This document shows, piece after piece, positions 45,291 to 63,478 of a DNA stretch of 64,000 bases. The notes under the pieces are model-generated. The model had not been told where the DNA came from. It worked only from the letters and a program-made list of their open reading frames with translations, and made no database searches. The first letter of the stretch is position 1; each line of letters begins with the position of its first letter. The stretch lies in the NCBI RefSeq assembly GCF_009914755.1, contig NC_060928.1, one strand, 5' to 3'. A program made the position numbers and the translations under genes. The DNA is from the human T2T-CHM13v2.0 reference genome, Homo sapiens.

Positions 45291-45525
45291 TTTTTTTTTT
45301 ATTGATACATATTAGATGTACACATTTGGGAGGTACATGTGACAAGTTGATACATTTGTATAATGAAAATCAGGGTAATTAGGACAGCCATCACCTTACA
45401 TCTTTATCTTTACACTAGAAGCATTCAAATTCTCCTCTTGTAGGTATTTTGAAATGTGCGGTTGATTAATAACTATAGTTACCCTGCTGATCTACGGAAC
45501 ACCAGGCTTTATTTCTTCCATCTGT
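45291..45525 (-). mobile_element. L1MA 3' terminal fragment
   Basis: tttttttattgatacatattagatgtacacatttgggaggtacatgtg...aactatagttaccctgctg. Confidence 0.75.
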
Positions 45526-46395
45526 TGTATCCATGAATCCACCTCTCTTCCAGGCTGTTTTCTGCACACTTCCAGAGCCTGGATCTGCAGCCTCCCCATT
45601 GATTTGCTCACGAGCCTCCCATTAAATTCCCTTTCTGCCTGGGCCCCTCCAGGAGGGTTTCTGCTGCTTTGACCAGGAACCCAGCTGCCCAAGCAGCCCC
45701 TTCGAGCTGCCACACCAGGCCACTCTGCCCTCAGCTCCCTCATCTGGTTGATCGGGGGTCCCACAGGACCAAGCAATTTCATGGTGGGTCAGTCCTGATA
45801 TGGATTTGACAACTTGGGTAAAGAAATGACTGGGAGTAATGTGACTCCCTTTTCATGAGAAAAGCCCATAAATGCGAATGCAGCACTCGAGGTCCCCTCA
45901 GAATTTCAGTGGTTGAAAAGTGGAGCTGGATGTTCTAAGACTCAGACCCTCATCCTGGCTCCTCGTTTGATTTAAGAAGGAAGACAAGGCCTTGACATCC
46001 ACACTGGCTGAGGTTCCAACCCTGGGTCTGCCCCCAGCCAGCTGTGTGAGCTCAGGCGACTGAGTTAACCTCTCTGAGCTCAGCTTCCCTACCTGCATCA
46101 CAGGAAGGACAACATTATCCCTGCATAGAGACCAATAATAATGCATGGACATCATACACAGCACCTAGCAGAGACTTGTAAATTGTAGACTTTTAATATC
46201 CTAAGTCATGGTGCCTTCTAGGAAGGGGGGCGGTTACTTACCATTCTGCAATCTGTCTAAACTGAACCTTCCTGCAAGATGCTGCCCAGGGAACATTCCT
46301 GCCAAAGGCACCCTGGCATTAGGTCAGAGTGCTGCCTCTGCCTCCTTCCTGTCCTAGGGAACCTGCTGGATGGGCTCAGAGAAGCGGTGCCTCCC

Positions 46396-46635
46396 AAGCA
46401 CTAATCACAGAACTTCCCCCACAGCATATCCAGCACTCCCAGCATTGCAGCCTCTGTGCCCCTCACCGCCCTGGGGTGAAGCTTCAGCCCAATCCCTTCC
46501 AGCCTTCAAAGTCTGAAGCACTAATCACAGAGCTTCCCCCACAGCACACCCAGTGCTCCCAGCACTGCAGTCTCTGTGCTTCTCACTGACCTGGGGTGAA
46601 GCTTCAGCTCAATCCCTTCCAGTCATCCAAGTCCA
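46396..46635. repeat. 120-bp tandem duplication (2 copies)
   Basis: aagcactaatcacaga...ctggggtgaagcttcagc.caatcccttccag is repeated; ctaatcacag occurs at 46401 and 46521. Confidence 0.92.
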
Positions 46636-47120
46636 AATGCCTGATGACATCCTCAGAGGGCTGACATCTGCCCAGTCTCCTCTATTGGACAGATCCACAG
46701 GGTGTCTCTGTTTTTAACTGGGTGTGGCCTTGACCTTTGTAACATGAGCGGCTCCTGAATGCCTTCCAGACGACTAGGACGAGGTTGGCTGACGAGGACA
46801 TAGATTTTCTAGGCTCAACTCTTGGAATTCTCATTTAATGGATCTGAGATGGGGCAGGGCATCTGAATTTCACCAAGCACCAATCTGCCCTATCCCCGAT
46901 GCACAGTCTCCAACCAAACCATTGGCTTCTCAGTGCCTCCCAGACTCTAGCCTTGGCTTGCCACCTTGATGATGGGATGCTTTAGGTAGCCTTAGCTATC
47001 CTTTTTACTTGGTTATGTCCTAAGCCAGGGGTTCTTACCCTGGCTGTTCATTAATGTATAAATGTACAATGTATAAAATCCGAAAGCCAGGCTCCTTGTT
47101 GGACAAGAGGATTTTTTTAA

Positions 47121-47503
<383 letters not shown>

Positions 47504-47664
47504 AGAGATAAATTTTTTTTTTAAAGCTCCTTGGGCTGTTGCAAGGTGTGGTGCTGTTTAAAGTAATCACTATCTTAAGTAATGATATGCATGAAATCTA
47601 ATGGTAAAATATATACATAAAAAGACATGCATATATATGAATACCCAAAACATGTTCATGTCTA

Positions 47665-48225
47665 TCAAAGGGAACAAAGTTTCCATTAGACAGGAGGATA
47701 AGTTTTCCTAATCTATTGTACAGTATGATGAGCATAGTTAATAATAATGTATATTTCAAAATTGCTGCAAGACTAGATTTTAAATGTTCTTACCACAGAA
47801 AACTGGTAAGTAGGTGAGGGGATGAGTTAGCTTGATGGAATCATTCTATGTTGCATCTATATACCAAAAGATCACATTGTACCACACACATATGTACAAT
47901 TATTTGTCAATCAAAAATAAATAAATAAATAAAATACTCTGTATGATACTATAATGGTAAATACAAGTAATTATGCCTTTGTCCAAACCCACAGAATGTA
48001 CAATACCAAGAGTGAACCCTAATGTACAAAATGACCTTTGGGTAATTTGGATGTGTCAATATAGGTCCCTTTTACATTGTAATAAATGCAGCATCCTAAG
48101 GGGATGTTGCTCAGGGTGGGGGTGATAGGCCATTCAAGTGTGTGGGTGTAGGGGGGCAGGTGGGAAATCTCTGTACCTTCCTCATAATTTTTCTGTGAAC
48201 CTATCGTAAAGCTCCTCTAAATACA
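47665..48225 (+). mobile_element. Two adjacent L1M 3'-end fragments
   Basis: tatttcaaaattgctgcaagactagattttaaatgttct...(AATA)n, then tactctgtatgatactataatggt...aagagtgaaccctaatgta. Confidence 0.75.
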
Positions 48226-51200
48226 AAAACAAAAACGTGCTCATCCACAACCAACCAAAAGTCATCCTGGCTTTCGTGTTTTGAGAAACTCTAAACTAGA
48301 TGCTAAAAGGCCTTTCCCATCTTTCTGGTCCAAATCTAGGAAATGACAGGATTCTTCTTATCGAGCCCCTCTTATGTAGTAGACCCCACCAGGCCGCTTT
48401 GCATGTGTGATGGCATGGCGCATAGCAGCAGCCCTCAGCAGAGGTCATGATCAGCCCCATTTCATAGACCTGGAAACTGGGGCTTAGGGGCTCCCAAAGC
48501 TGAGTCTTCTAAAACTAAGAAGTTAGCTGCAGAGAACTCAACCCCAGCTGCACGCCTCTGCTTTCTATCATGTCAGGAGCAGAAAAGTGAGTGGCCCTGC
48601 CTTTCAGGGGGCTTAGATTGAGGAGCTGGGATTCCATTTGTGTTACTGGTTTGTAATATCAGCTAAGCAGAGGCCTTCCAAAGGACTGGCACCAGGGACC
48701 AGGAATGCTCAGATGAGCACGTCACTCTGCAGACAGTCCAGATTTAGCACTGTCACCCATGCCATTTCCTCCCTTTGATTTCTTCCAACATGAGACACAA
48801 AAGGATAGAGTTTCACTCATATAAGAGAGGTCCAGCTTTAATAATCAGCACTGTAATGATCAGAGTTTTCATTATTCAATTGTTTGCATGGCCAACAGGC
48901 TGGCCCATGACCTTTCATTCCCAGCAAAGCCTAATTGCATGAAAGTGCCACACAGTTTGAAAACAGGCTGCATTATTTACGGATCCAATCGAATTAGCTT
49001 GCAATTCCCAGACCAGCTTTAGATCAATGAGATGCATTGTGTGTTCTCCCACGTGGGTAAGGAGGCCTCTCTGCTCCTGGGCAGCCCAAGACAGCTCTGT
49101 AGTCAGAAGATGAGTCTTTGACGGCTTCCAAAGCATCGTCTTAATGGGCACAGTAGGATGCTAGAGGGGATCCCCCAAATCTATTTCATTTTTAAACAAA
49201 AAAGAGTGAATGTTTCTGCTTATGAAATTCTGGAAAGTTAGTCCTAGCCAGGAAGGGGCCGGAGGACTCCGTTGCAGAACTCCTGCCTTGTGGAAATCAG
49301 GAAACCGAGACTGAGTGAAGCAGCCAGTTAGCGGAGCTGGAGAAGGATGTCCCATGTCCTGAGACTGACCCCATTCTTGATCCCAAGCACTGTAAATACT
49401 GTGCTGATTAAGATTTAGCCACTGTCCCCTGGGAATGCACTGGGAATGAGGGTCACCAAGAGGTCACAGGCATAAAAAGAACCTTCCTGCATATTGTTAT
49501 CTGTGCTCTGACAGAGGCAAAACAGGGCGCTGGAAAGGAGGCAGCGTGTTTGTTTTAGCTTCACTCATTCATGCGTTCACTTATTCATCCGATGGTGTAT
49601 ATTGAGCACCTACCTTGTGTCAGGCCCACCCTATTCTAGGCATTATGGACCCAGAGCCAACAAGGTGGGAAAAGTCCCATCTCCAGCTCCTCACACCAAG
49701 TGGGGCATCAGACTAATTAACCAACACACTTAAATTGACGTTCAGGTACCATTATAGCAAACTCTAGAAAGCAGTGTAAGGTGATGAGAGAGGCAATATC
49801 AGGAAATTCTGATGTGATGGGAGGAGTGGGAATTAACTGAACATCTGTAGATGTGGGGTTGTGGGTTGGGTGGGGGTCCAGGCAGAAGGAGCAGCAAGGG
49901 CCAGGGCTGGAAAGAGCTTGTGTGTGAGGGTTTCAGGGACTGGTGTGGTGGGGTTGTCAAGGCCTGTCTTGTGACGTGGTTAGGGATGTGGGACTGCAGC
50001 CTAAGAGCCATGGGAAATCTAGATGGTTTCTATATTTGGGCAAGGGGGTTGGAGGATGATCAGGGGAGCTCTTTACAAAGAGCTGCTGGCTGCTGGGCTG
50101 TCAGGGTTGGGGAGAATGGGGGGATGGTGACAAGGTGGAAGCAGAGACCAAATTTGGCCCACATAAAAGATGATGCTCATACCAAGTCAAGTCTACTAAT
50201 AGTAAACTAATCCAAGGATCACAGGAGACAAGCCCTGCCAAGTCCTCCATGCACACAGTCCCTGGCCATGGTCAACAGGAGACCTGTGTAGCTACTGTCA
50301 TTACCCAGCCCGTGCAGCTCTCACACCCTGCTGGACAGGTGACGTTTATCCTCTTTCAAAACTCTCCAGGAAGTATCTTGTGGGAAGGTAGTGAAATTTG
50401 GCTTCAATGGCATAGTGAGGTTGCAGTTCTGATGACCTAACCGTGACCATGGGCAAGTTATGTAACCAAGCTGAGTCACCAATTCTTTGTTCATAAAGAA
50501 AAATTTGAGTCTCTCTTTGCAGGTCGAGTGCTGCAATTAAAAAGATGCATGTAAAGCCGGGCACTGCCGAGCTGTTCACTAAACCTTAGTCCTCCCCAAA
50601 ACCCCACCTATGTGCAGACTCCTCCCTCATCCCTTTCACGTGCTGAGGAGTCTCTGAGGGTCTAACTCAGTTTCCTCCTTTTGTCCAGGGCTCCATGAAA
50701 ATCAAATTTCTGCTCTTAATGGCTTATTATCACTTGCTCGAGTGTGTTATGTGGGATTGTGTTACAGGAAAGAGCTAAGGTTGTTTGTCTTGCAACAGAT
50801 GGGATAAGTAAGTTAGAGCTTCGGTATGTCACCCCCACTGTCTATCAGCCCGGCTGCTTCCCACCTTCCTGTCTCCATTGGAGGCTCATCTATCTACTCC
50901 CAGGCGGCTTCCTTCTGACTCAGATGGCTTCCCGGCAGCCGAAGCATGATTCTAGAACACCCTCTTCCCCCCGGCTCTGCTTCTGTGAACACACTCAACC
51001 CTCAAAACTTAGCCTCAGTCTTGCCTTTTCCAAGAAATCTTCAGTATCTACCCAGAAATCATCTGGATGAGGAACAGTGTTTTATAAACACTGGACTAAG
51101 ATATCCCAGCCTGGCTTCCTCTGAGCATCTGGCCCGCTTAAAATATGTATGTGGGACAAGCAGCTGTGTGGCTGAAGCCTTGGTCCATGTCTAAGGGGCA

Positions 51201-53126
51201 GACTTCCGTGTTAGTTACCCCAATACGCCCACTCTCTGCTTCAGTGAGCAAGCTCTCTGCACTCGCCTGCTTACCCACTCACTCAGCAACACCTGCAGCT
51301 GCCTGGCCGACCTGGGTGGGGCTGGGGACGCTGAGGTGGGAAACGGGTGTCGCTGTGCTCGTGGGTTGTCATCCCGGTGGTGGTGTCCGAAATCCAGGGC
51401 GAGGGCCACCCAAACTGTTCCCTTAAAGAACCACATGGGCCCTGTGTCCTTAAGCCCCAGGGCTAATGTCATCCCAAGCCCTTCTGCCCTGCAGAGCTTT
51501 CCGCCCTTTTCAAGGGCTTCCCCCGCCAGCCCCTTTTCTCCTACTCTGTCCCCGGGGATGTTTTTCTCTTACTGACTCTCTCCCCTCAGCAGCACCCCCA
51601 GCACCCACCAATCTTCCCTGATCTGAGCCAGTCCTGACATATACACCACAGAACGTCCCGTGCTGGATCGGCTTCCTAAATCCCCTTGGGGGAATCAAAA
51701 GAAGAAAAGTAACAAATCTGGAGAACTATTACTATTTCATGACTCAAAAGAAACAAGAAAAGTATGGAGTCAAACTGAAGCATACATTCAATACACATTT
51801 TTCCAGGTTTTAATCATTTCATTCATTAAACCCCGTACATGAGCGCACCCACGCAAGGAGCTGATGGACACAGAGGCACGCCGTCCAGCCCTCCTGCGAC
51901 CCCGCACTTGTCAGCCAGGAATGTCCTGGCACACCTGCAGTTTCGAGGTCCCCTGGGGGAGCAGCATGGAATCAGTTTCTGGCAAAGCCAAGGCCACAGC
52001 CGCAGGGTTTGCCTTGGGAGATGGTGAGAGGGACTGTAGCCAGAGCTCTCACTTGGCATTTTGTGTGCCTTCATCCTTACAGCTATTGTCTTCATACGAG
52101 GGCAGCTGGAGCCTGTTGTGAGCAGTGCAGGACTCGCGGCCAGGCTCCCTGAGTTCTGATCCTGCCTCTTCCCCTTGTTCACTGTGGCGTGAGGCAAATC
52201 CCTTCCACTCATGGGGCTTCTGTGTCCTCATCTGTAAACAGGTGTGCAGACAATGATGCCAGCCTCACAGGAGTGTTATGAGGATTGAAACAGTAGGTAC
52301 ACAGCTCCTAGAACAGCACCTGGCACTAGAAATGTTTGATCATCAGTGGGGGAATCAAAGCTCAGAGAGGTGAAGCTACTAGCCCAAAGTCACACAGCAA
52401 GAAAGAAGCAGGATGACACGTGAGCCAAGCCCCCTCTGCCACACTAGCTCTGGAGGCCATTGGCTCTCAGGTGATGGGTTTTCTTTGTACCTGGACATGG
52501 GGGTCAGGAAAGCTCCAGTGTAGCTGCTGACCTTTGACCTGAAGGAATCTGGGATCTCTCAGATGGGGAGTCCACCATCAGTCTCAGCAAAAACACTACC
52601 AATCAACCAGTCCATCGCTGATGTCTGAAACTCTCTGGTGCAGGACGTTTCACCCTTTCTGGTTTTGTCGAGTTGGCCCCCTCCTGGTAGAGCACTGCCA
52701 CCCCGCAGGTTTCCAAGGGCCAAGTCCTGGTAGTACTGACAGTTGACCAGCTAAGCTGCATCCTAGGCACCCAGGCTGGGCTCGGGCTGCTGTGTCACCA
52801 AAATCCCTGGTCTTTGTACCATTGGGTACAAAGAACACTTCTCAACAGAAGTGGAGCGAAGTCCTCTTTGCCTCGACCCTTGGCCTGGTGCCAGGCCTTC
52901 TGTTCACTCTCAGATCAGGGATGCTCTGGCCTCCTGGGGGACTAAGATGTTCAGGAGCTCATCCTGGGCCACCCACAGGCATCCCAGCTCCTCTCAATGC
53001 TGGTTGCTTGGCACTGAGCCATAATTGAACGATTCCAGACTTCACCTTCTGCATCTCGAAGGTGGAATAAGGGCAATGAACCCCACCTCATGGGCTGGCT
53101 GAAGGGATACCTGCATGGATCCTGGG

Positions 53127-53772
53127 TGTGATGCTTAATTTCAGGTGCCTGAATTAAAGAATCCCTAGAAAGCTGGTCAAGCCTCACTTTGGGGTGTGTC
53201 TGTGACGGCGTTTCTGGAGGAGACTGGTGTGGGAGTCTGTGGACTGAAGGGAGCAGATCTGCCCTCCAGTGGGGGGCAGGCACCATCCATTGACTGGTGG
53301 TCTAGATCAAACAAAATGGGCAGAAAAAAAGGCACTTTTTTTGTTTGTTTGTTTTGTTTTGTTTTGTTTCTCTGTCTGTCTCTCTCCTGGAGCTGGGATA
53401 CTCTTCTTCTCCTGCTCTTGAAGGTCAGAACTCCGAGCTCCCTGACCTTTGGACTTTAGGACTTGCACCAGCGTCCCATCCACTGCTCTGGTTCTCAGGC
53501 CTTTGGCGTCAGACTGAGAATTACCATTGGCTTTCCTGGTGCTGAAGCTTCTGGATTTGGACTGAGCCGTGCTGCCAGAATCCCAGGGTCTCCAGCTTGC
53601 AGATGGCCTGTCAAGGGACTTCTCAGCCTCCATAATCATGTGAGCCAATTCCATAATAAATCCCATCCATCCATCCATCCATCCATCTAGCTAGTTAGCT
53701 GTCCACGTCCTGTGTATATAAACAGATTATAACACGTTTTCTGTCTCCCTGGAGAACCCTGAGTAAACTACA
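53127..53772 (+). mobile_element. MLT2 (ERVL) LTR with internal (CCAT)n
   Basis: tgtgatg..taattt...ggtgtgtctgtga.ggcgtttctggaggaga...ggacttctcagcctccataatcatgtgagccaattcc...tctgtctccctggagaaccctga. Confidence 0.85.
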
Positions 53773-55201
53773 CTTGAGAAGGCCCAGTTCCACCCCTTTG
53801 GGCTTCGGTTCCATCACTTGCAAATTGTGTGACCCCATACACATTTCCGTAAACCTGAGCCTCAGTTTCCTCATTTGTGAAATTGACCAAAAAAAAAGAA
53901 TAACTAAGTCCCAGACTTTGGGTCAAGATGAAAAGAGATAGTGTACGAAATGTCTGATCACAGTGCTGAAAGCGCATATCACAGAGTAAAATTCAACCAA
54001 TCCATAAGGCCATCGCTCTTCCATAACATTGTGGCTGTGCTGCTATTGGGTGTTTACGCTACACACACAATTCCATGTGGTGGTTTCAATATTCTCTTTA
54101 CCCTTTGTTGTCCTGCTTTTTCCAGTTTCCATTCCAGTGTATTTTTCCTCAACATTAGCATCATTTTACATGGCTGTTTAACATTCTATCTTTTACTCAG
54201 CCATATTTCATTTAACCAGTCGGTCATTTGGGTTTTCTCCCTTTTTCCAATACTACACACAGCTCTGTAGTGAGCACGTATGGGTAAATCATTCCTCCAT
54301 CATCCAGATTCTATCCTTAGCACAGATTTCAAGAAATGGAATTATTGTATCAAAAGGCAATGCACAGAAACAACAGGCGGTGCATGCTTTTAAATCTCTT
54401 GATGCGTATTGATCTTTCATGTTCCAAAAAGGATTCTAGTCCGGGATTTCCACCCTGGTAAGTATCAGGAGGCTGTGTGGCCCACCGCTCCTCCTTGGGC
54501 TTGCTAAGGAGCAAGCGGGGCCTCTAGACTTAATTGTTAAGCATTCTCAAATCCTGCTGCACAACCTTGTTCAGAAATACTGCCTTTGAGTCATTCACTC
54601 ATTTATTTAGTCATTCAATGCTTAATTCCCAATCCTCAGCCTACTCAGCCATCTTTCTTTTTAATAGCCTTGTTGAAGTGTGATTTATGTACCATAAAAT
54701 GCACTCATTTTAAGAGTACAATTTAACGGTTTTTAGTACCCTCACAGCAGTATGCAACCATGATGACAATCTAATTTTGGAGCATTGTCATCATCTCAAA
54801 ATGAGACCTCAGCCCCTGGCCACCACTGAACTGTGTTCTGCCTCTCTAGATTACGGACTTGCCTTTTCGGAACATTTCATAAAAATGGGATCATACGGTA
54901 CGGTATATGACCTTTTGTATCTGGCTTCTCTCACTTAGTGTCATGTTTTTGATGTTCATCCTGTCGCATTAGCCTTCTTCTGGGCAAACCTTTTTCTCCT
55001 GGCCTCCTCGACACAGTGCTCTTTACATTTTCTCTACTTCCTCAGTTGCTCCTCCCAGAGCTGAGACTGGGGTGAAGTGACTGAGGCAGTTGTCTGGGAA
55101 TCAAAATTAAAGAGAATACTGAAAACTCAGTCATCAAGGTAAATAATAATTAATCCAACAGTTTAAAAAATAAAATGAATGAAAAAAACCTAACTTTATC
55201 A

Positions 55202-55701
<500 letters not shown>

Positions 55702-55793
55702 CTAAGACTTTCTGCATTTGTGAGTCCCTTACATAGTATGTGTATATTTGTGAAGTGTGTGTGAGGGGTGATGCCTTTAAAAAAATTAGTCCA

Positions 55794-56107
<314 letters not shown>

Positions 56108-56455
56108 TCAGACAAGTGGGTACAGCCAGGCCACGGAACAAAGTGTTCCTCTATCACTTGGATTCTTCCATTAAAATAGATTTCAATCAATGGAACTACT
56201 GTGTCAAATTCAAGGCAAAAGAACTAAATGCAATGGACATTTTAAAGTCGCTTGATGGATCTTGATGTTTTACACCAAGGTTTTACGCAATGACATGGAG
56301 CATGTCTGCTTCACATCCCGGGAGAGCCTCGGACGGCAAGCTAAGGATCCCGAACTTGATTCTTAGGCATGGAGGGCTTTTAGGCAAAGAGCACCAAGGT
56401 CCCTCAGTCACTGTCAAACACTCATTCACACAAAACAGAGATGGCAGCACACTAG

Positions 56456-56675
56456 AGCAGGATCAACATTTTTCTTAAAGGGCTAGGTGGCTAAATAGTC
56501 TCATCTAAGCTAGCCATGGAATTTCTGTTGCTCTCACAACTCTGCCGTTCTAGTGTAGAAGCAGCCGTAGACAATGGTTAAACAGATGTGCATGATTGTG
56601 TTCCAGTAAAGCTTTATTTTAAAAAGCAAGGAGCTGGCCCAGTTGGCATGTGAGTCAAAGTTTGCTACCCTGCTC
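56456..56675. mobile_element. MER58A-like DNA transposon
   Basis: agcagccgtagacaat...tgtgttccagtaaagctttattt...agtttgctaccctg. Confidence 0.7.
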
Positions 56676-57099
56676 TAGAGTGTTCATGTGAGCTCAATGA
56701 ATCTCCGACTTCATGCTTGTTGCAGAAATGGACCTGGAATGTCCCTTAACAGTTTTCAGTAGAACTGCCTTACTCAGAACTTTTCTCTGACAGTGTAAGT
56801 GCCGCACACACTTAACAGTGCCCAGTGGAGCACCCTCATGCACATGCAGTGTGAGCCTTTTGGAAGCTGGTGGAGGGCCAGTGCATGGAGGAGGGAATGA
56901 ATGAATGTCCATCTGTGCTCAACAGCAGATAGTGCAAGATGGGACGTGAAGGGCCAGAGGAAACTGGAAGGTATGCAAAAGCCATTTCCAACAAAACCTG
57001 TAGTTTCCCATGAAGTGAACACTTCTTTTCCCCCACCTCCTCGTCCTCCGCTATTCTCTATCTTCATGAACAATAACATCAAACACCTCCCTCCTGCTT

Positions 57100-57850
57100 A
57101 TGCTAGGTGACGCCTAAATAACTTGCCTCATCCTCCTCGCTGCCTTCCTTCTCCTGGATCCCCACATTCAGGGGGTTCTATCTCTGAAGATGGTTCTAAC
57201 TTGGTCCCCTCCATCCCCACTGTCATCCTCCTGGTCCAAGCCCTTGTCTTCTCCAGCAGGCTGGACATCAGCCTGCTGACTGGTCTCACCATGGCCCATC
57301 TCCACTCTCCAGTCCAATTCTCTACAGCATCCCTGGAGTCATCTTTCTCAAAAGCAGGCAGTGTCATTGCTTCTCTGCTCCAAACCCTTAGATGGCTTTT
57401 AGTTGCTCAGTTCTAGATTAAGCCTTCACTTAAAGAAAGAAAGAAGAAAGGAAGGGAGGAGGGAATTGCAAGCATCTGCAATGAGCGCCAGTTCCAGGGC
57501 AGCACTGTGCCAGTGACATCTCCTCTGCACCCACCTGCCCCTGGCACATGACCTGCAGAGACACCACCGGCTCCCAGCATAGAGAGCTCCACTTTGCCCA
57601 CACACCTTGCCCTGCTCCCGTCGTTGCCTTGGCATTCAACATTCCCCCAACCAGGAGCACCCTTGCCTGTTTTCTTGGCCTGACCAATTCCTACTCACAT
57701 TTTAGGGTTTTCCTCCAGTTCGAATCTTCCTCTGCATCTCCTTCAGGAAGAGTTTTCATGCCCCTCTGGAGTCCAGAATGTTTAATTCCAGTGCCTGGTG
57801 CCAGCCCTAGAGCCAACACTCAGCCAACAGGAACTGAGTGAATAAATGAC
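57100..57850 (+). mobile_element. Degenerate L2 LINE 3' portion overlapping the short-isoform first exon
   Basis: L2-like blocks in order: ctccatccccactgtcatcctcctggtccaagcc; cagcctgctgactggtctc; ctgctccaaacccttagatggct; aattcctactca; ccagtgcctgg; terminal gagtgaataaatga. Confidence 0.65.
57699..57820 (-). other. SLC2A9: Probable non-coding first exon (5'UTR) of the SLC2A9 short isoform
   Basis: Consensus donor AAT|GTGAGT at 57699/57698. The 43477-43579 exon has an acceptor, so an upstream exon must exist. Sequence and ~14 kb distance fit my recollection of the short-isoform mRNA 5' end. TSS position is approximate. Confidence 0.7.
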
Positions 57851-59585
57851 AGTCAGCTTCTATTTGTGAGAACTGATGTTGACCAAGTTGAATTGTAATT
57901 GTTTGAGTAACTTTTCAAAATTAATCATCGGGTAATGCCAAGCAAAGAAACAGAAAGGGAGATTCACACTGCGCTATGCCATTAAGTAACCCTCTTTCCA
58001 GGTGGCTGCTCACATCCCCAGGGAGAAAACTGACTTTTGATTACCTGTTAGTGTAAGTGCTTTCTACGTGTTGTCTTGTGTACTCCTGTGATACAGAAGC
58101 TCTACCATTCCCATTTTATACATTCAGAGAGGTCAAATAACTCGCCTGAGGTCACACAGCCAGGACCTGGAACTGAAGTTCGGCAGCCCCCATACCCTTG
58201 ATCTTTCCCCATGCTTAGCTATCCACCAGACACAAGAGAAACTGCTGTGCAGTTGCTCTGTGCTCTCTGCATCAACCCAGTAGCAACCGCAGAGCCACAC
58301 TCCTTTTCTGAAGCTTAGGGGATTTTATCTGTGAGAGCTGGGAAGTAGCTCTGGGGAACATTGGAGGGTCAGCTTCCTGATCATTTAAAGATTCGAATGT
58401 CCAAAGAATCCAGAGAAAAAGAACATAATCTCTAGTATCAGAAGCCTGGAGATTAGTTCCACTGTGTTGGTGAGCAGCCTTCTAGAGTCTTTTTTAAGCT
58501 ATAGGCTTCTTGCCTGACATACAGTATCTGATGACTGCTGGCCTAGCCACAGACAAATCTCAGCTCAAAAATCTTCCATCCCACAGTGAAGTAGATTTCA
58601 GTCATTACCCCTTTGTGCCTTGAGTGGGAGGTGGCGGAAGTTCCTACTGCAAACAACACTCAGGGAGTGTCACCTTAACTTCATGGCATCTGGGACCCAG
58701 GTTTCAAGCCAGGCTCTTTTCTCTGTGTGCTGAAGAATGAAGTACTGCCAATCACTTCTCCCTTTGGGGGTGTCAGCCCCTGGAGCCGCTGCTCCTTACC
58801 ATAGCTATTGGTGGTTGGCTTTCCTATGCCAAGGCAAAAATCAACAAACCCCACGTTTCTGACCCCGGTTTTTGGTGAAACACCTGCTGGGTCTTCTCAT
58901 TACAACCAAATACCAGACCGATCGTTCCAAACACAGGAATTGACCTTTCCTTCACTTGGTTCCCAAGAAGGCCAAAATTGAAAAAGGAAAATGCAATGAG
59001 ACCTGGTTTTTCAGGCAGAAGGGGGAATGGGGCAAGGCAGGCCAGAAGGCCATAGAATTTGCAGACAACTGAACAATTTGAGTAAAAGCTATTAGTGACA
59101 TGCCATTTTCTTCTTGCCAAGAACAGTCTTCCCTTCATAAATATCTGCAGGGTCATGACTGAAGTAAACAGGTGGTTTGTAATAATTGTATCCCTTTTAC
59201 TCTCTGGTGCAGCCAAAGTGCTTGATAAATAAATGAGTGATTATAAGCCACACACTTAAGAAGTTAGAAAGAAAATAAGAAAAATGTTCACAGTATTTTC
59301 TAGGAATGTGTTTGGTTTTGATTCCATATAAATTTTCATGGTTTTTTTCTAATTGTTTTTCTAATCATGGAAACATTATTTTGAAGTGAAAATTAAACTA
59401 TTTTAAAATAAGGTGCTTACAATGATTTGCAGCATTCAAATTGCCTTTAATTCTATTCAAAGCAGGTTACACTCTATTTCCTTCAACAATCCTTTTGAAA
59501 CCATTATGATAATTATATTTGGCATAAAATGTTCATATATGCCTTGATAATACATGACTTTAAAGACTTAAAAATACCAAAAAAT

Positions 59586-63010
<3,425 letters not shown>

Positions 63011-63478
63011 AGCAAAAAAAGTAAACACACCTTTTTATGAGATAGTCATATAAAAAGACTAAATCTCTGGGTTGGAATATCACAAAGTCCAAGTGAGGAG
63101 GTTTGAATGAATAAAGCTCACTGTCAATGCTGTGACATATTTCCACATCTCAGTAATAATTAACACATTCCATGTTGCTGACTCCAAGAATGGTATTTCA
63201 TTTATGGCTCAGAAGACCCTTGAGTTTGTGGTTTCTGTAATCATTTGTCTTTGGAACTATTTCAAATGGAGAAATGCCGATAGGTCAGAATCTTCCAGTT
63301 CAAAGTGTCTCTACCTTGAGCCTGACTAATCATCTCCATCTGAATGACTATCCATTCCAAGACAAGCAAGAGACTGTTACTAGTGACCTAACTAGTACAG
63401 GAAACAATAATTTGCTGTGCTTTTTTCCTTTCAAAAATATCTTATCATTCATCACCTCATTTAATTTTCACAGCAATA

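Noticed and set aside
57915-57935. Possible HNF1 site upstream of the short-isoform first exon (aattaatcatcgg)
   Set aside because: Only a half-site matches GTTAATNATTAAC; too weak to call.
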